Positions 11,852 to 23,970 of a stretch of DNA of 64,000 bases are shown here, piece after piece. Location of the stretch: the NCBI RefSeq assembly GCF_006345805.1, contig NC_042999.1, positions 96,038,001 to 96,102,000 on the forward strand, given 5' to 3'. The notes beneath the pieces were generated by a model, which searched no databases, was not told the origin of the DNA, and saw nothing but the letters and a program-made list of their open reading frames with translations. Source of the stretch: Octopus sinensis. Taxonomy: Eukaryota. Every line of letters begins with the position of its first letter. Position 1 is the first letter of the stretch. The translations under genes were made by a program, and so were the position numbers.

Positions 11852-12229
11852 TTTGTTAGACTTTTGGCCAATCTTTCAATATTGGATTGATTTATAGAAA
11901 CATCACTGATTAGTGCAGCTGAGTCACTTGATAGGTTTGTCATTCAATTAAACATTTCTGATTTTGAAAAGATTTTTAACTTCAATGTTTCTATCACTTA
12001 GAAACTCTGATTTTGAAAGGATTTATTTGAAAATCCAGTCTAGTTTGGTTGCTCATTCAACAACTACCTTCTTTCACTGCTTCTCTGCATCTTTTTTCTT
12101 GTTATCCTTCACCTACAGCTTCTCTGCCACTTCATCCTCTCATCTCTCTGGCTTACCCATCCCCATAACTCCTACACCTTTCTTTTGGTGACTCTGGAAC
12201 CTCAACACCTTCATTTATGATTTCCCTTA
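11852..12229 (+). other. Candidate decayed exon
   Basis: The phase-0 reading after tatag| is FVRLLANLSILD*FIETSLISAAESLDRFVIQLNISDFEKIFNFNVSIT. A second frame continues LRNSDFERIYLKIQ. No clear GT donor. Confidence 0.25.
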
Positions 12230-13818
12230 GGCATAGCAATACAAATAACCACTTATTAGAATTCAATATACATATGCTTTACAATTAAACATTAGTCATA
12301 AAGATGTTCTTTATCAGTGCTTCTGTAACTCTTACTAGATTAATTTCATACTGTTAATTCATACAAAGTTGTAGTATGCAATAAAGCTATTAATTCAAAA
12401 TTAAATATACAACATTTATTGCTTTATCTATCCCTTATCTAACTAGATGATATTTTACAAATTGTTAGAGGAAATATTAAAAGTAATTTATATCTCTACA
12501 TGAAATATATAGTAATATTTTAACATTCTTGAACCGTATATAAAAGTATTTCATAGATATCAGTAATGTGTGTACACCTAAACTTTAGATTCATCTAAGA
12601 CTTTCTAAAGCAGTAAAAAGAAACTGATAAAGTAGAACATCTTTGAAACATTTTGTGGTTTAATCCTCTACTGAAAGGAAATATATATTAATTAACTTGT
12701 ATACTGAATAACTTTTAGCTTGGTAAAATTCTTAATAATTTAATAATCTTGAAACATCCCATTCTTTGTAATTTCATTTCCTTAGAAAATATGGAACACA
12801 ATTTACACTTTGTTAATCTCTTTAATAATAATTCCTCTCCTATATTATATTTGTATTGTTTCTTGACAATTAGCTAGATTGTTATTCAAAGTAAGTTTAA
12901 TCTATATGTTCTGCATTCAGTGACAAGTTTTAAAAAGTAATAAAAATCAAAATATTGAAAGGATAAATTTATCAATTCAAGTCTTCTATAAAAGCTATGT
13001 TTCCCCACTTCAAGATGGGCTCCTGCATGTTGATTTATTTTTTAATTTATTCATAGCTTTCTGATTGGCCAACATATTTGTTGGTACTACTCTAAATAAT
13101 ATTTTGTTCGAATCATTTCAACAAACTTATTTTTTCCCATGATGTTTCAGTTCATAAAAACTGTTATCCAAAAAGAAACATTATAATACTGTTCAATATT
13201 GAAAGGATTTAATAAATGCAAAGAACTATACAATGAAATTCTTTAAAAGAAAATAACCTCAATTAATGGTTTCTGTTAGACAGTACTAGATGTCTACATT
13301 CATTTTCTGTTTATTTTTAAGTAGTGTAAATGGAGAATAAGCAAAGGCATCAATATTATTAACTCATTATATATATATTACCTCTTGTAAATTACTGCAT
13401 AAAAAGTGTGTTCATGATGAGTGTTGCCTGAATGGATGGGAGATATAAAGTAGACTTAGAGTTGCATCATCTTCATTTCCTTCTTTGAGTCTAATAGAAT
13501 GTTTAGTACTAATATATTTTGAAGCTATATGTGAGGTCTTTCATTATACATAACAGTTTGAAAATAGCTATGCAATTAAGTCACAGAAGAAAAATTGTGT
13601 TAGAGCAGTATTCATGATAAATGAACAATAATAGAGGCTCTTAATAACGAAGGCTACAACTTTTACAGTTGGAAGAAAGTTTTCTGTGACACTGTTTTTA
13701 TTAGGTTAAAGAGATACTACTTTATACAAAGCTATATTCTTTATGTAACAATGCTAACTTCAAATACATTCGTTTATATAAACTTATATAACTAACTGGT
13801 TTGAACTTTTCTCTTTAG

Positions 13819-13865
13819 CATCTCAAACATCTTTTCAGTCAGAAAACAAGCTTCACATAAATGAA
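13819..13865 (+). other. Candidate small exon (phase 1 to 0)
   Basis: ttttctctttag| acceptor, GAA|gtatgt donor; one open frame SQTSFQSENKLHINE. Confidence 0.35.
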
Positions 13866-13956
13866 GTATGTTATTTGAGTAATTTATACTTAGTGATATG
13901 TCAGACCTTTGCTAGTAGCAAATTATTGATAATCTCTTCAACTTAAGTATGCTTAT

Positions 13957-14055
13957 CATCATCTTTTTAATGCCCAATTTTCCATGTTTGCATGGGTTAG
14001 ACAGGAGTTGTTAAAGTGAATGTTTTACAACTGGATGCCCTTCCTTTACCAAACA
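13957..14055 (-). mobile_element. (GAT)n-tailed SINE 3' fragment
   Basis: atcatc...ttttccatgtttgcatgggtt...ctggatgcccttcct. Confidence 0.65.
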
Positions 14056-15143
14056 AAGTAATATTTTCCCATGGGCAGACAAGTTTTTGCAGAACATTGG
14101 AAATTTTTGACACACGAGGTCAAAACAAAGGATCACATGCTCTCTTGTACATACACATATTTATGTGTACATGCACACGCATGAGTGCGGGCACATGCAC
14201 ACACACACACACACACACACACAATAACTAGTAAAATCAGTAGCAAATTATTTAAATAAAAGAATCTTAATGAACTTACAAAAACATTACTCAAACACAT
14301 AATAATGAACCCTTAGTAAGTTCTGCATTGATTTAATAAATTACACATATATAGTCTTATACATGATATCTTCCTTTGATTTTTCTATATATACACAGTG
14401 ATATACAGAAAGGCAGACAAATTATGTTAGATTTATTCAATAACTTCTCTTATCCAAATGCATTGCTTATTTTTTTCTAGTATTTATCACTTGATCTTGT
14501 TTCATAGAAAGAGAACAATTGTTTAGTATTTACTTAGTTTTCTTTGAATTTTGTTATCTTAAGAAATGCTTTTTATGCCTTTCTAGTTCTTTTTTTGTTT
14601 TCTTATTTTGATCAGTTTTATAGCTAACCTCATCCAATCAACTAGAACTGATAGTTTTGTAGATCATCTACAAAACTACAAAAAAGAAAATGTCAAAATT
14701 AGTGTATACGAAATAAAAATTTCTAACATCTGAGCTATTAGAAATATGCAGTATTTCTGTTTAGGTTCATGTCTCAGAAGTAAATGAATGGAGCAATATC
14801 TTGGTGTAAGTCATATTTCCACTCTATAAGGACAATCTCTGCCTTTTTTCTCAATGTCTTTCATTGTAAATAGTTTGAGCCTCACTGCATAGTGCTACTA
14901 TTTACTTTAATGAATATATCATTTTACTTTGCTCCAGTATTTAGCTAAACATTTATATTTTTTTATCATTTTCTGTGTTTGTGAATCATTACTTAATACT
15001 TGGATGGCTGACAACTGAAATAACTTAATTATTATTTTTAACTATTAATTAGGTCCTTATTGTTCATTGCAGATGGAAATCTAATACAAATATTATAAAT
15101 TATTTTGAAATGACTAACAAAATTAGTTTGACTTGTATAACAA

Positions 15144-15155
15144 TTTCTCTCTCTT

Positions 15156-15203
<48 letters not shown>

Positions 15204-15210
15204 ATATATA
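15144..15210. repeat. (TC)n/(TA)n microsatellite
   Basis: Direct observation. Confidence 0.95.
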
Positions 15211-15283
15211 TGAATTTGTTTTGCAAGATACCTGATGTGAAACCATGTGTTATATTTTAAGATGGTAATTTTGCTTTTGTCGC

Positions 15284-15594
15284 TTTGCCTAATAAACATA
15301 TGCACTATATATTTATTCGTCACTCATTTATTGTTTTTATTTTATCTTATGTCCATTGTCTGGAAATCTTTTGTCACACTTCTGGGACCTCTTCGGCAAC
15401 CCTTTCCATCCACCTAGTCCATTCCATTCTCCAGAATGGACAAGGTGGTGCAGGAGGATACACATGGATGGAAAGGGTTGCTAAAGAGGTCACAGATGTG
15501 TGACATGATTTCCAGACAGTGGACATAAGATAAAATAAGAACAATAATAAACAAGTGAAGAACAAATATATAGTGCATGCATTTATTTGGCAAA
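15284..15594. mobile_element. MITE-like fold-back (about 130-bp arms, about 50-bp spacer)
   Basis: 15284-15412 is the reverse complement of 15465-15594 with scattered mismatches. Confidence 0.8.
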
Positions 15595-15623
15595 CAAAAA
15601 AAAATGACTATCCCAACATGTAG

Positions 15624-15678
<55 letters not shown>

Positions 15679-15809
15679 GGGATCACAGAAAGGTTAACAT
15701 AGAAAATGATAAACAAAGGAATATACAGGGAGTGAATGTTTTTAATGTGCAAGGGGATCTTTAGAAGTAGTATATTGTTTCTGCTGCCTAGGGTGACCTA
15801 ATTAGCAGT

Positions 15810-16075
15810 GGAGGAAAAGTTCTGAAAGTATAGTTGCTAGAATGAGAACTCCCAGAAGAAAGTTCAGTGAGTTATTATTCCTGTTGGTAAAAAGATCTTT
15901 CTCTCAGAATGAAAGACATTGTATAATAGTTGTGTACAAACAGCAATGCTACATGGTGGTGAAACATGGTCCATAAAAGCAAAGGATGTGAATGCCAGAA
16001 AGAAATGAAATTAGCTTGCTGGATGTGCAGTGTCAGTATTCATGTACAACAAAGTGCAAATGTGCCAATCCCTAA
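15810..16075 (+). mobile_element. RTE-type LINE 3' ORF fragment
   Basis: Decayed peptides SESIVARMR, LYNSCVQTAMLHGGETW and WMCSVSIHVQQS match the post-RT region of RTE LINEs (LY..CV...MLHG.ETW). Confidence 0.6.
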
Positions 16076-16221
16076 TGTGGATGAAACTTTTGGAAGAGGG
16101 AGACCCAGGAAAACATAAGATGAAGTAGTTAAAATAGAGGAGATAACAAAGATGATTGCAAATTTGCTGTGCTCAAGAAGACCTGTCCATCTCAGCAAAG
16201 AATGAGATTCTAAAAGCATAT

Positions 16222-16342
16222 CATTATTTACATTTGACGGATATTTGTCCTCATCTTGTTTGTTGTTAACACAACATTTGGGCTGATATACACTCCAGCC
16301 TTCATCAGATGTCTTGGGGTATTTTCGAACCTGGGTTCTCAT
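16222..16342 (-). mobile_element. Inverted partial copy of the adjacent SINE 3' half
   Basis: Reverse complement of 16463-16583; includes CTGATGA and a GGCTG/CAGCC stem. Confidence 0.85.
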
Positions 16343-16350
16343 ATGCCCTT

Positions 16351-16616
16351 GGGCATATGGCATAGTGGTTAAGAGTGTGGGCTACTAACCCCAAGATTCT
16401 GAGTTTGATTCCAAGCAGTGACCTGAACAATAATAATAATAACATCAAAAAATACCTTAGGAGTGAGAATCCAGGTTTGAAATTTCCCCAAGACACCTGA
16501 TGAAGGCTGGAGGGTTTATCGGCCAAAATGTTGTGTTAATAACAAGCAAGATGAGGACAAATATCCGTCAAAGGTAAATAATGTACATAATTCTTCATCT
16601 CTTAAATATAGAACTG
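16351..16616 (+). mobile_element. tRNA-headed SINE with hammerhead-like (PLE pLTR-like) 3' half
   Basis: The head tggcatagtggttaag...gagtttgattcc is A/B-box-like. An (AAT)n linker follows, then GACAC-CTGATGA-A-GGCTG..CGGCC-AAAATGTT-GTGTT. Confidence 0.8.
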
Positions 16617-17327
16617 CATATCATTTATGTCTATCCCTGTTTGTCCTTGACAAGCCTTTCTCAAAAAACATCTTTCTAACATGTCCCACTATCACATTTC
16701 TGACTACAGCACTACTGACTTGTCTGTTATAATTATATGAGAACAGAACTACACACATTTCATTCATCTTTTCTGGAACCACTTCTTTTGTTATCCATCC
16801 AGTATTCTCTGTGTCATCTTTCATCACTTTATTTTCCCATGAACAACCTCTCATATCTACCATTGTAATTAAAGATAACTGTTTCTATGGTCATTATCTT
16901 GAGAAATGTATGTTATATTATCAGTGTATGTGTTGTGTATTTACTGTTAATATTCAAAGTTGAGAAATTTGTACAAAAGTGTGTGAAGGTCTTACTTGAG
17001 AGGTCACAAGGGATAATACCATCTATAATTATATTAATATGTAACCACTACTAAAATTTGATTTACTTCCAGAAGAATTAGGATGTCTTGTTTTTAATTA
17101 TTAGGTCACATTCATTTGATTTGTGGTAAATAATGTAGTAAAAGATGTCATAAAGTACTGATGTGACCTCATTCAGCTGGATCTCTATGATATTATTAGC
17201 TGATTAACTGTTTCTCTTTCTCTTTTCTTTTTTTTAATTTGATATCTGATTTGCATTGAAGCACTTAAATATAGTTTCTCCATTTCCTATATCTCATCTA
17301 TTATTTCTCACATCAAACATATACTAG

Positions 17328-17405
17328 ATACAATCAATGAATTGGTGAGAGTGCATAATGAGCAACATGAGAAGACCAATGTATCTAATAGCATAATGAG
17401 AAATA
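17328..17405 (+). other. Candidate symmetric exon (78 nt, phase 1 to 1)
   Basis: tactag| ... |gtaaat; open frame TINELVRVHNEQHEKTNVSNSIMRN. It does not slot into the main chain without another exon. Confidence 0.3.
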
Positions 17406-18039
17406 GTAAATTTCTTGCAGTTTTGTATGAAAGAAACTTCTTAAGTGTTGAAAATAAGACATTCATGAAGTATTCAATTTATATAAAAATTAACTAATAG
17501 ATTGTTGTATTTACTTTCTCAATCTATTATATAGCACTATGTCACATATGCTTGTAAACATACATATTTGTGTATGTGGGTAGGTATGTGTATGAATTTG
17601 TGCAAGTTGGTGTTTGTCAAGGCCTAGTTTTCATTTCCCTTCTATTACAATTCTCCAAGCTATAACAGAGGAGTTAAAGACCAGCTGATATTTCACTGTC
17701 TTTTCAAATTTGAATTAAGCTTTCAACCTGTTTGAAGACACTACTTACCTAGGGTGCCATGAACTCAAAACCAAGTGGTTGGGAAGCAAAGTTCTTAGCA
17801 CACAGCTATGCTTGCACCTATAGCTATAATTATATATAAATTCTTACGTTACATCTACCTCAGGTCATGGAATTTCACACTTATAAAATTTGTATGACAA
17901 CTAATTTTAGGATACATTTTGTAATTTCACTCTTATGGAAACTTTGATAAACTTTAAGACTCTAAAAAGTACACTTGATGATGTGAAATCCTTAACTTGA
18001 ATAATGCCACACTGTATCTATGACTTTACAAATTTTCCA

Positions 18040-18301
18040 CAGGTTGAAAGCTTAATTCAAATTTGAAAAGATAGTGAAATATCTGCACATCCTCTGCTAA
18101 CTAACGGTTGGTGATTCAATGATCACATGTTAGACATGTTATTTGAAGCACTGCTGTAAACAGTAGAAGTGAGCTAGAACATTAAAACTTACTGCACATG
18201 CACAATAGAGGTCAAGGTCAATCTGTGCCAAGTGGCTTCACTCTGCATGCTTTAGTTTCATTACTATAGCAACAGTCCAGATACTTATGGGTCAGACCTT
18301 G
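18040..18301 (-). mobile_element. Mariner-family 5' fragment
   Basis: The minus strand starts TA|CAAGGTCTGACCCATAAGTATCTGGAC (mariner-like TIR) and runs into a decayed start of a transposase ORF. Confidence 0.55.
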
Positions 18302-18333
18302 TACATATGTATACATATATACGTGTGTGTGTG

Positions 18334-18384
<51 letters not shown>

Positions 18385-21300
18385 ATGTATTGTATTTGTG
18401 CAAAGATATGTCATATTTTATGTATTTGATGGATTGGCTGAATCATTAGTGAACTGGGTAAAATGATTTGTGATATATATGGCCATTAGATTCTGTCAAC
18501 CAAATGAAGTACCAGTCAAAATTTGGGGTCAGTTTAATCAGCTTTTCTTTCCTCTAATATGTAATCTGATTATGTAAGAATTTAATATTTATGTGTATTC
18601 ATGTGTGTGTAAATAAGCATAAATAATATTTTTAACTTTATCATTTCTGCTCTCAAACTTTACGTGTATAAAAGAGGGAGAGAGATGCATATTCAATGGA
18701 ATTTTACTGAATAACCTTTTCATTTACCTCAAATTCAATTAATGGTTGGATTCGTAATAATCATCCATCAAAATATTTCAGAATGATATAATTTCTGACA
18801 TTTGTTTTCATTTTTAAGACTGATTTGTCACACTTAAAATCAGCAAGAAATGTAACATTACCCTTTATCTATGGTTAAAATCATTTCTGCCATTATTGGA
18901 ACATCTAATGTCAATTTCTTTCCCTGAAATACTTATGGAATTAAATGCTGAACTCTGCTTAATCAACATTTGTTCAATGAGGAGCTTCTAAATATTGTAC
19001 ATCTTCAGCACTCAGGAGAAATATAAAATGTAAAATAGAACTTCAAAGTTATCATATGATGAGTTGGCATTTGGTAATGATTGCATTCAATTTCTTACTT
19101 TCAAAAACTAAAATTCATCACTAATTCAATTGATGGAATGCTTGGCAGAGGAATGCATATAAATGGGAACACATTCCTTTGTAACTAAATTATTTTTTTA
19201 AATCAATTTTTGTTTAGAAGTATAAATGTAGTGGCAGACCTTAAGAACTGACACAGAAAGTGTAAGTTTTTTTGTTAATGTTTCCATTATTGAATACTTT
19301 CATTCTTTATTTCGTAAAGTTCTTAATTTTTTTCAATGACTAATATCCATTATGTTGATGTCATTAAATTTCTTTTAAGAGTAAATCTGGGGTCAAGGTG
19401 AAATGAAGTGGTTACACTTCGGAAGAAAGCTTATAATATATATCCTAGTTTAATTTTTAAAAGCAACACTATTATGGCACTTAAACTATTTTCTGTGAGA
19501 GATGAAGACATTATGCCCTTTTGTTCATTTCCAGTTATTTTTGTCACTTTATACGTAATCAAAAAACTTTCACTTTCTATATGTCCTTTCTACGTGTCAG
19601 CCAATTTACTAAGTAGAACACAATGCATTATAAGTTGTCCTAATTTAATAGAGTGGAAATTGGAAAACCCATCAGTGATAGTTGGCAACAAGCTGAAAAT
19701 ATTCATAAAAAAATGCCACATGTTGGTCAGGTAGAGTAACGAAATATTTCACTGATAAGTGGTGCAACAAACATCATTGTGAATTGCTACAAAAGGAAAA
19801 GAAATGCTTTAGAAAGAAATAACTGCAGATGAATAAACTAATGGACCAAGTTATAAAACTGACAGAGAAAGTTAAAGCTAATTTAATCAAGTATTCATGG
19901 AGAAAAGTGGCTTAAATGAGGTACTGCTTTGGTTTGTGTCATGATGTGGGATTTACTGATATGCTTTTGTTGACTCTGCTAACTTCAGGAAATTTCTGAA
20001 CTAAGAACAAATTATTATGTCACGCATTTTTTTTATAGAAAAGATCTTGAAAGGATATCACAGTCCATAGTTTAGTGGTCACTAATACAACTGGTTGTAG
20101 ATGATTTACTTTTAGATAGCCAAGCATGAGATTCACCAATATATACCCATCCAATGTAAACAACAAATGCAGTGGCCAATCAAAAGTCAAGAGGCGTGAA
20201 GTTCAAATTAGCAAGAACAAAACCTTAGCAGTAAAACAACCAGAACATTGTTACCAACTGGGAAGTGGTCACTTGATATGTATAAAGGGAGGGAGTAGGA
20301 ACTTTATGCTGTGTGCCCATTGCAAACAATAGATGCAGTGGCAGGCAGCCAGAGAGAAAGAATTTCATATTTAAGTAGCTGCACGATAGTGGTTAGCAGT
20401 AAGAACACAAGGAAATGAGTTTATTAGCTAGGTGACCTTATCTACAATGGAGGTGGGTACTTTATTTTCTAATGCTCTGTACTCAAATAGTTCTATTTGT
20501 TATTTTATTTTTCTTGTAACTATTTCCTTTTCCAATATTCTAGACATTTTTCTCATATCAACTTCATGTTGTCTGATATGGGATATATATTTTTTTTGTT
20601 TCCTACAATTTAATACTTTCAGAGAAAACTAAATTTATTGTTGATTAATGGTACTATTAGTGTTCTATTTATTATCACCAATCCTCTTTCTGCTACAAGT
20701 ATTCTTTTAAAAGTTCTAGTTAATCAGCAGAAAGCAGATAATGTAAGCATAAATATAGATTGAACTAACAATGACCTAAGCCACCAACCAGCAAGCATTA
20801 ATATAATAAAGATTTTTGTTTAATTAAATTTAAGATCAATTTATTTAACTCCACAATTGATTTTTTTTTTATTATTAAATAATGAAAAAAACAACCAATC
20901 CATGAAGTTAGTTGGCTTTCTCTGGTGCGTGTGTGTGTGTTTTTTTAGGTTCTGTAGACAATAGATTAGTTTTCTTGTTATGCATCACTCTTTTGTTTAC
21001 CAGACCATGATTTCTCTTCAACATATCTCTGTAAAGGAATGGGTCTAAATATGAAAATAATAAAGTAAAATGAACAGACATGTGGTCTTACTTAAAAATA
21101 TTTTGGAAAATTTTAGGATACAGTAGACCCTAGAAGAATACTTAGTTATATTTACATGGCTAACAAATAATATGCAACATAGTCATATTGTCTTGAAGCC
21201 TGGTGAAAGAATATTCATGTGCAAAGTGAAAATGTTACATTGGAATATAATTTCTTGTCAGTTTCTACAATGGGTTTAGTATTGATAAAATCTTCCCTTT

Positions 21301-21436
21301 TGTCAAGGCTATGAAAATAGTGAAATAGCTATTATAAAGTAATTTAAAAGATTAACCATTTTTTCTGGCAGAGATAAATCTTTCTATTTCTTTGTACCTA
21401 TGATTATTCTGTTTTTTTTTTTTACCTTCCCTGCAG

Positions 21437-21513
21437 CTATAACTTTCCAATAATTCACCATTGGGAGATAATAGATATATCAATTTAGAGACAACAGCAA
21501 AGCCTATCTATCG
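21437..21513 (+). other. Candidate exon (77 nt; one TAA in the phase-0 frame)
   Basis: Strong poly-T/ccctgcag| acceptor, weaker CG|gtacat donor; L*LSNNSPLGDNRYINLETTAKPIY. Confidence 0.35.
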
Positions 21514-22374
21514 GTACATCTGCCTGTTTGTTTCTCTCTCTCCCCTGGTTTCTCTTGGTCTTTCTTTCTTCCAGTCTTTCTTTCTTTTCTTTTTTCCTTC
21601 TTTTGCACTCACTCTCTCTCTCTCTCCATAAGCAAATACACATACACAGATATGGAGAAAATTACTTAAGATTGTGCCAAAATGTCCTCATGCACAAAAT
21701 CTGTCACTATATTTAATCTATCCATGTTTGATGAAGCATGAATGTTCTGAATTCTGTGTTTTTATACTAAAATTAAATTCTGAAAGCTTTTAAATGCTAT
21801 TCTTTCTCATTCTTTATATATTTAAGATACTGGCAGTATCTCAAGCTCTAATTTTTTGGTATATGTGTAGCAGGTCGTATTGCTATAGTAATAAAACTAT
21901 TTTAATTTTATTCTCTTCTTAAATTTTTTAATATAGATACTTACCATGTATTTTATTTTCTTCAAGCTTAAAATGCAGTTAAAGCGTTTGCCTGCACCAA
22001 ACACAAGGGGCTTTCCTTTCAAAAATATTTAAAAACACATTATATTACAAGCCAGTTTTACTTCATTGACATTAATTTGTTCTCATGTAGAGGTATAATA
22101 TATATTTTGAAAAAGGAATACACAAAGACATTTGTAAATTTTAATAAACTTATTCTGTTTTAAAAATTCAGTCTGATGAAAACTGATAGTTCCTTTACTC
22201 ATGTATGGTCGCATCTCCCCAGTTGAGCAGTTTTATTTATAATATTATGCTATAATATTATACTGAAGAACAACCTCACGACAGAAGACTAAGATGCCTG
22301 GTGCTTTGCTATACTCAAGAAGACCCATACAACAAAGTAAAAGTGTTAAGACTGGTCCCTCTGGTGGTGTAAAG

Positions 22375-22614
22375 TATTTGTGGCAGTGTCATGCAAAAGT
22401 GCCTCTGTGGTGCTTTGTAAAAGCACCCACGTTGTACCACATAAAAGCACCCATATGGTACCATGTAAAAGCACCCAGCTTACTCTGTAAAGCGGTAGGC
22501 ATTAGGAAGGGCATTCAGCAGAAGAAATCAGAGCAGCCACATCAGCTCTGGTCAAACCGTCCAGCTCATGCCAGCATGGACAATGGACATTAAATAATGA
22601 CAATGATGATGATT
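22375..22614 (+). mobile_element. (GAT)n-tailed SINE, diverged
   Basis: aaagcaccc subrepeats, ggcattaggaagggcattcagc, ccatgccagcatgg..., gatgatgat tail. Confidence 0.75.
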
Positions 22615-22811
22615 TAATTACGCTATATATTTTTGACACCACTATATTTCTGTCTGATATTCTCATTTTAAGGTTGTATTTTCTGCAGCTTTAATTAATA
22701 ATTCAGCATAAGAAATACCCACAGCATGTTGCATATTTACTAAGCTACCTAGTATTTGAGCTGTCCATCTGCCATCCAAGATACTCTGCATACAGTTCTG
22801 TCTATCCCTAA

Positions 22812-22859
<48 letters not shown>

Positions 22860-22905
22860 CACACACACACACACTTATACTGATTTATACATATGTATCT
22901 ATAAA

Positions 22906-23847
22906 TCAAAGCAGGAGATTGGAAAAAAGTTTTGGTATTATTCACAATTACACATGTTTCATTTGCTAATAGGAGTTACAAAATTGTACATGTAGAAAAA
23001 CATGTAATATATCGCCTATTAGAAATTTTTTTGACAGGAAATCAAATAAAGTAAAATTTACATTTGAAATATTAAGCTATTATATATATTCAGGAATGAG
23101 GAGTTCTATAGATTGTCAGAGGCAAGAATAAGGAAAAAAGTAATAATATAAAACAGAGAGAGTAGGAGAGAATTAGAGATGGATGTGATAAACATAAGCA
23201 CAAACACATTCAAATTTATATATATTTGTATGCACACATACACGCATGCACGCATACATGTATGTGTATGTACATATGTATGAAAACAGACAGCAAAGCA
23301 TGGTGCAGTCTTCTGCATAGCCTGCTCTTGTCAAACTGTCCAGCCCATGCTAGCATAGAAAGTAGACATTAAATGATGATGATTATGATAATATATATAT
23401 ATACATATGTATATATATATGTGTATGCATATATATATATATATTTATGTGTGTGTGTGTGTGTATATATATGTATATGCATGTTTGTATGTGTATATAT
23501 ATATGTGTGTTTGTATATGTGTGTATATGAATGTATATGTGATTATGTTTATTATATCCATCTCTAACTCTCTTTTATATTACTACACTTTTTTAATTTA
23601 TTCTTGCCTTTAACCATCTATAGGACACCCAATTACTGAATTACTGAATACATATATATAATAGCTCAGTCCAAGTGTGAATTTTATATTATTTGATTCT
23701 CTGTCTGAAGAATTTCTAAATTTCTAATAGGAGATATCTTACATGCTTTTCTTACATGTACAATTTTGTGACATGTATTAGCAAATGTAACACATGTAAT
23801 GATGAATAAATAATACCAAATTTTTTTTCCCCAATCTCCTGTTTTGA
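22906..23847. repeat. Old fold-back element (about 300-bp diverged inverted arms)
   Basis: 22906-23201 aligns with the reverse complement of 23539-23847. The spacer holds a SINE fragment and microsatellite. Confidence 0.8.
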
Positions 23848-23864
23848 TATGTCATTACTCAGCA

Positions 23865-23899
23865 ACAAACCTGAGCAACGCCGGGTGATACTGCTAGTA
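23865..23899 (-). mobile_element. Helitron-like terminus (TACTAGCAGTATCACCCGGCGTTGCTCAGGTTTG)
   Basis: GC-rich ACTAG..CCCGGC motif next to (TA)n. It resembles the 5' ends of non-autonomous Helitron-type repeats; the class assignment is from memory. Confidence 0.4.
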
Positions 23900-23919
23900 T
23901 ATATATATATGTATATATA

Positions 23920-23970
<51 letters not shown>

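Noticed and set aside
16351-16425. tRNA-like sequences here and at 7800-7884, 8290-8367, 39450 and 63540
   Set aside because: A/B-box remnants without a complete cloverleaf, fused to SINE bodies; not tRNA genes.
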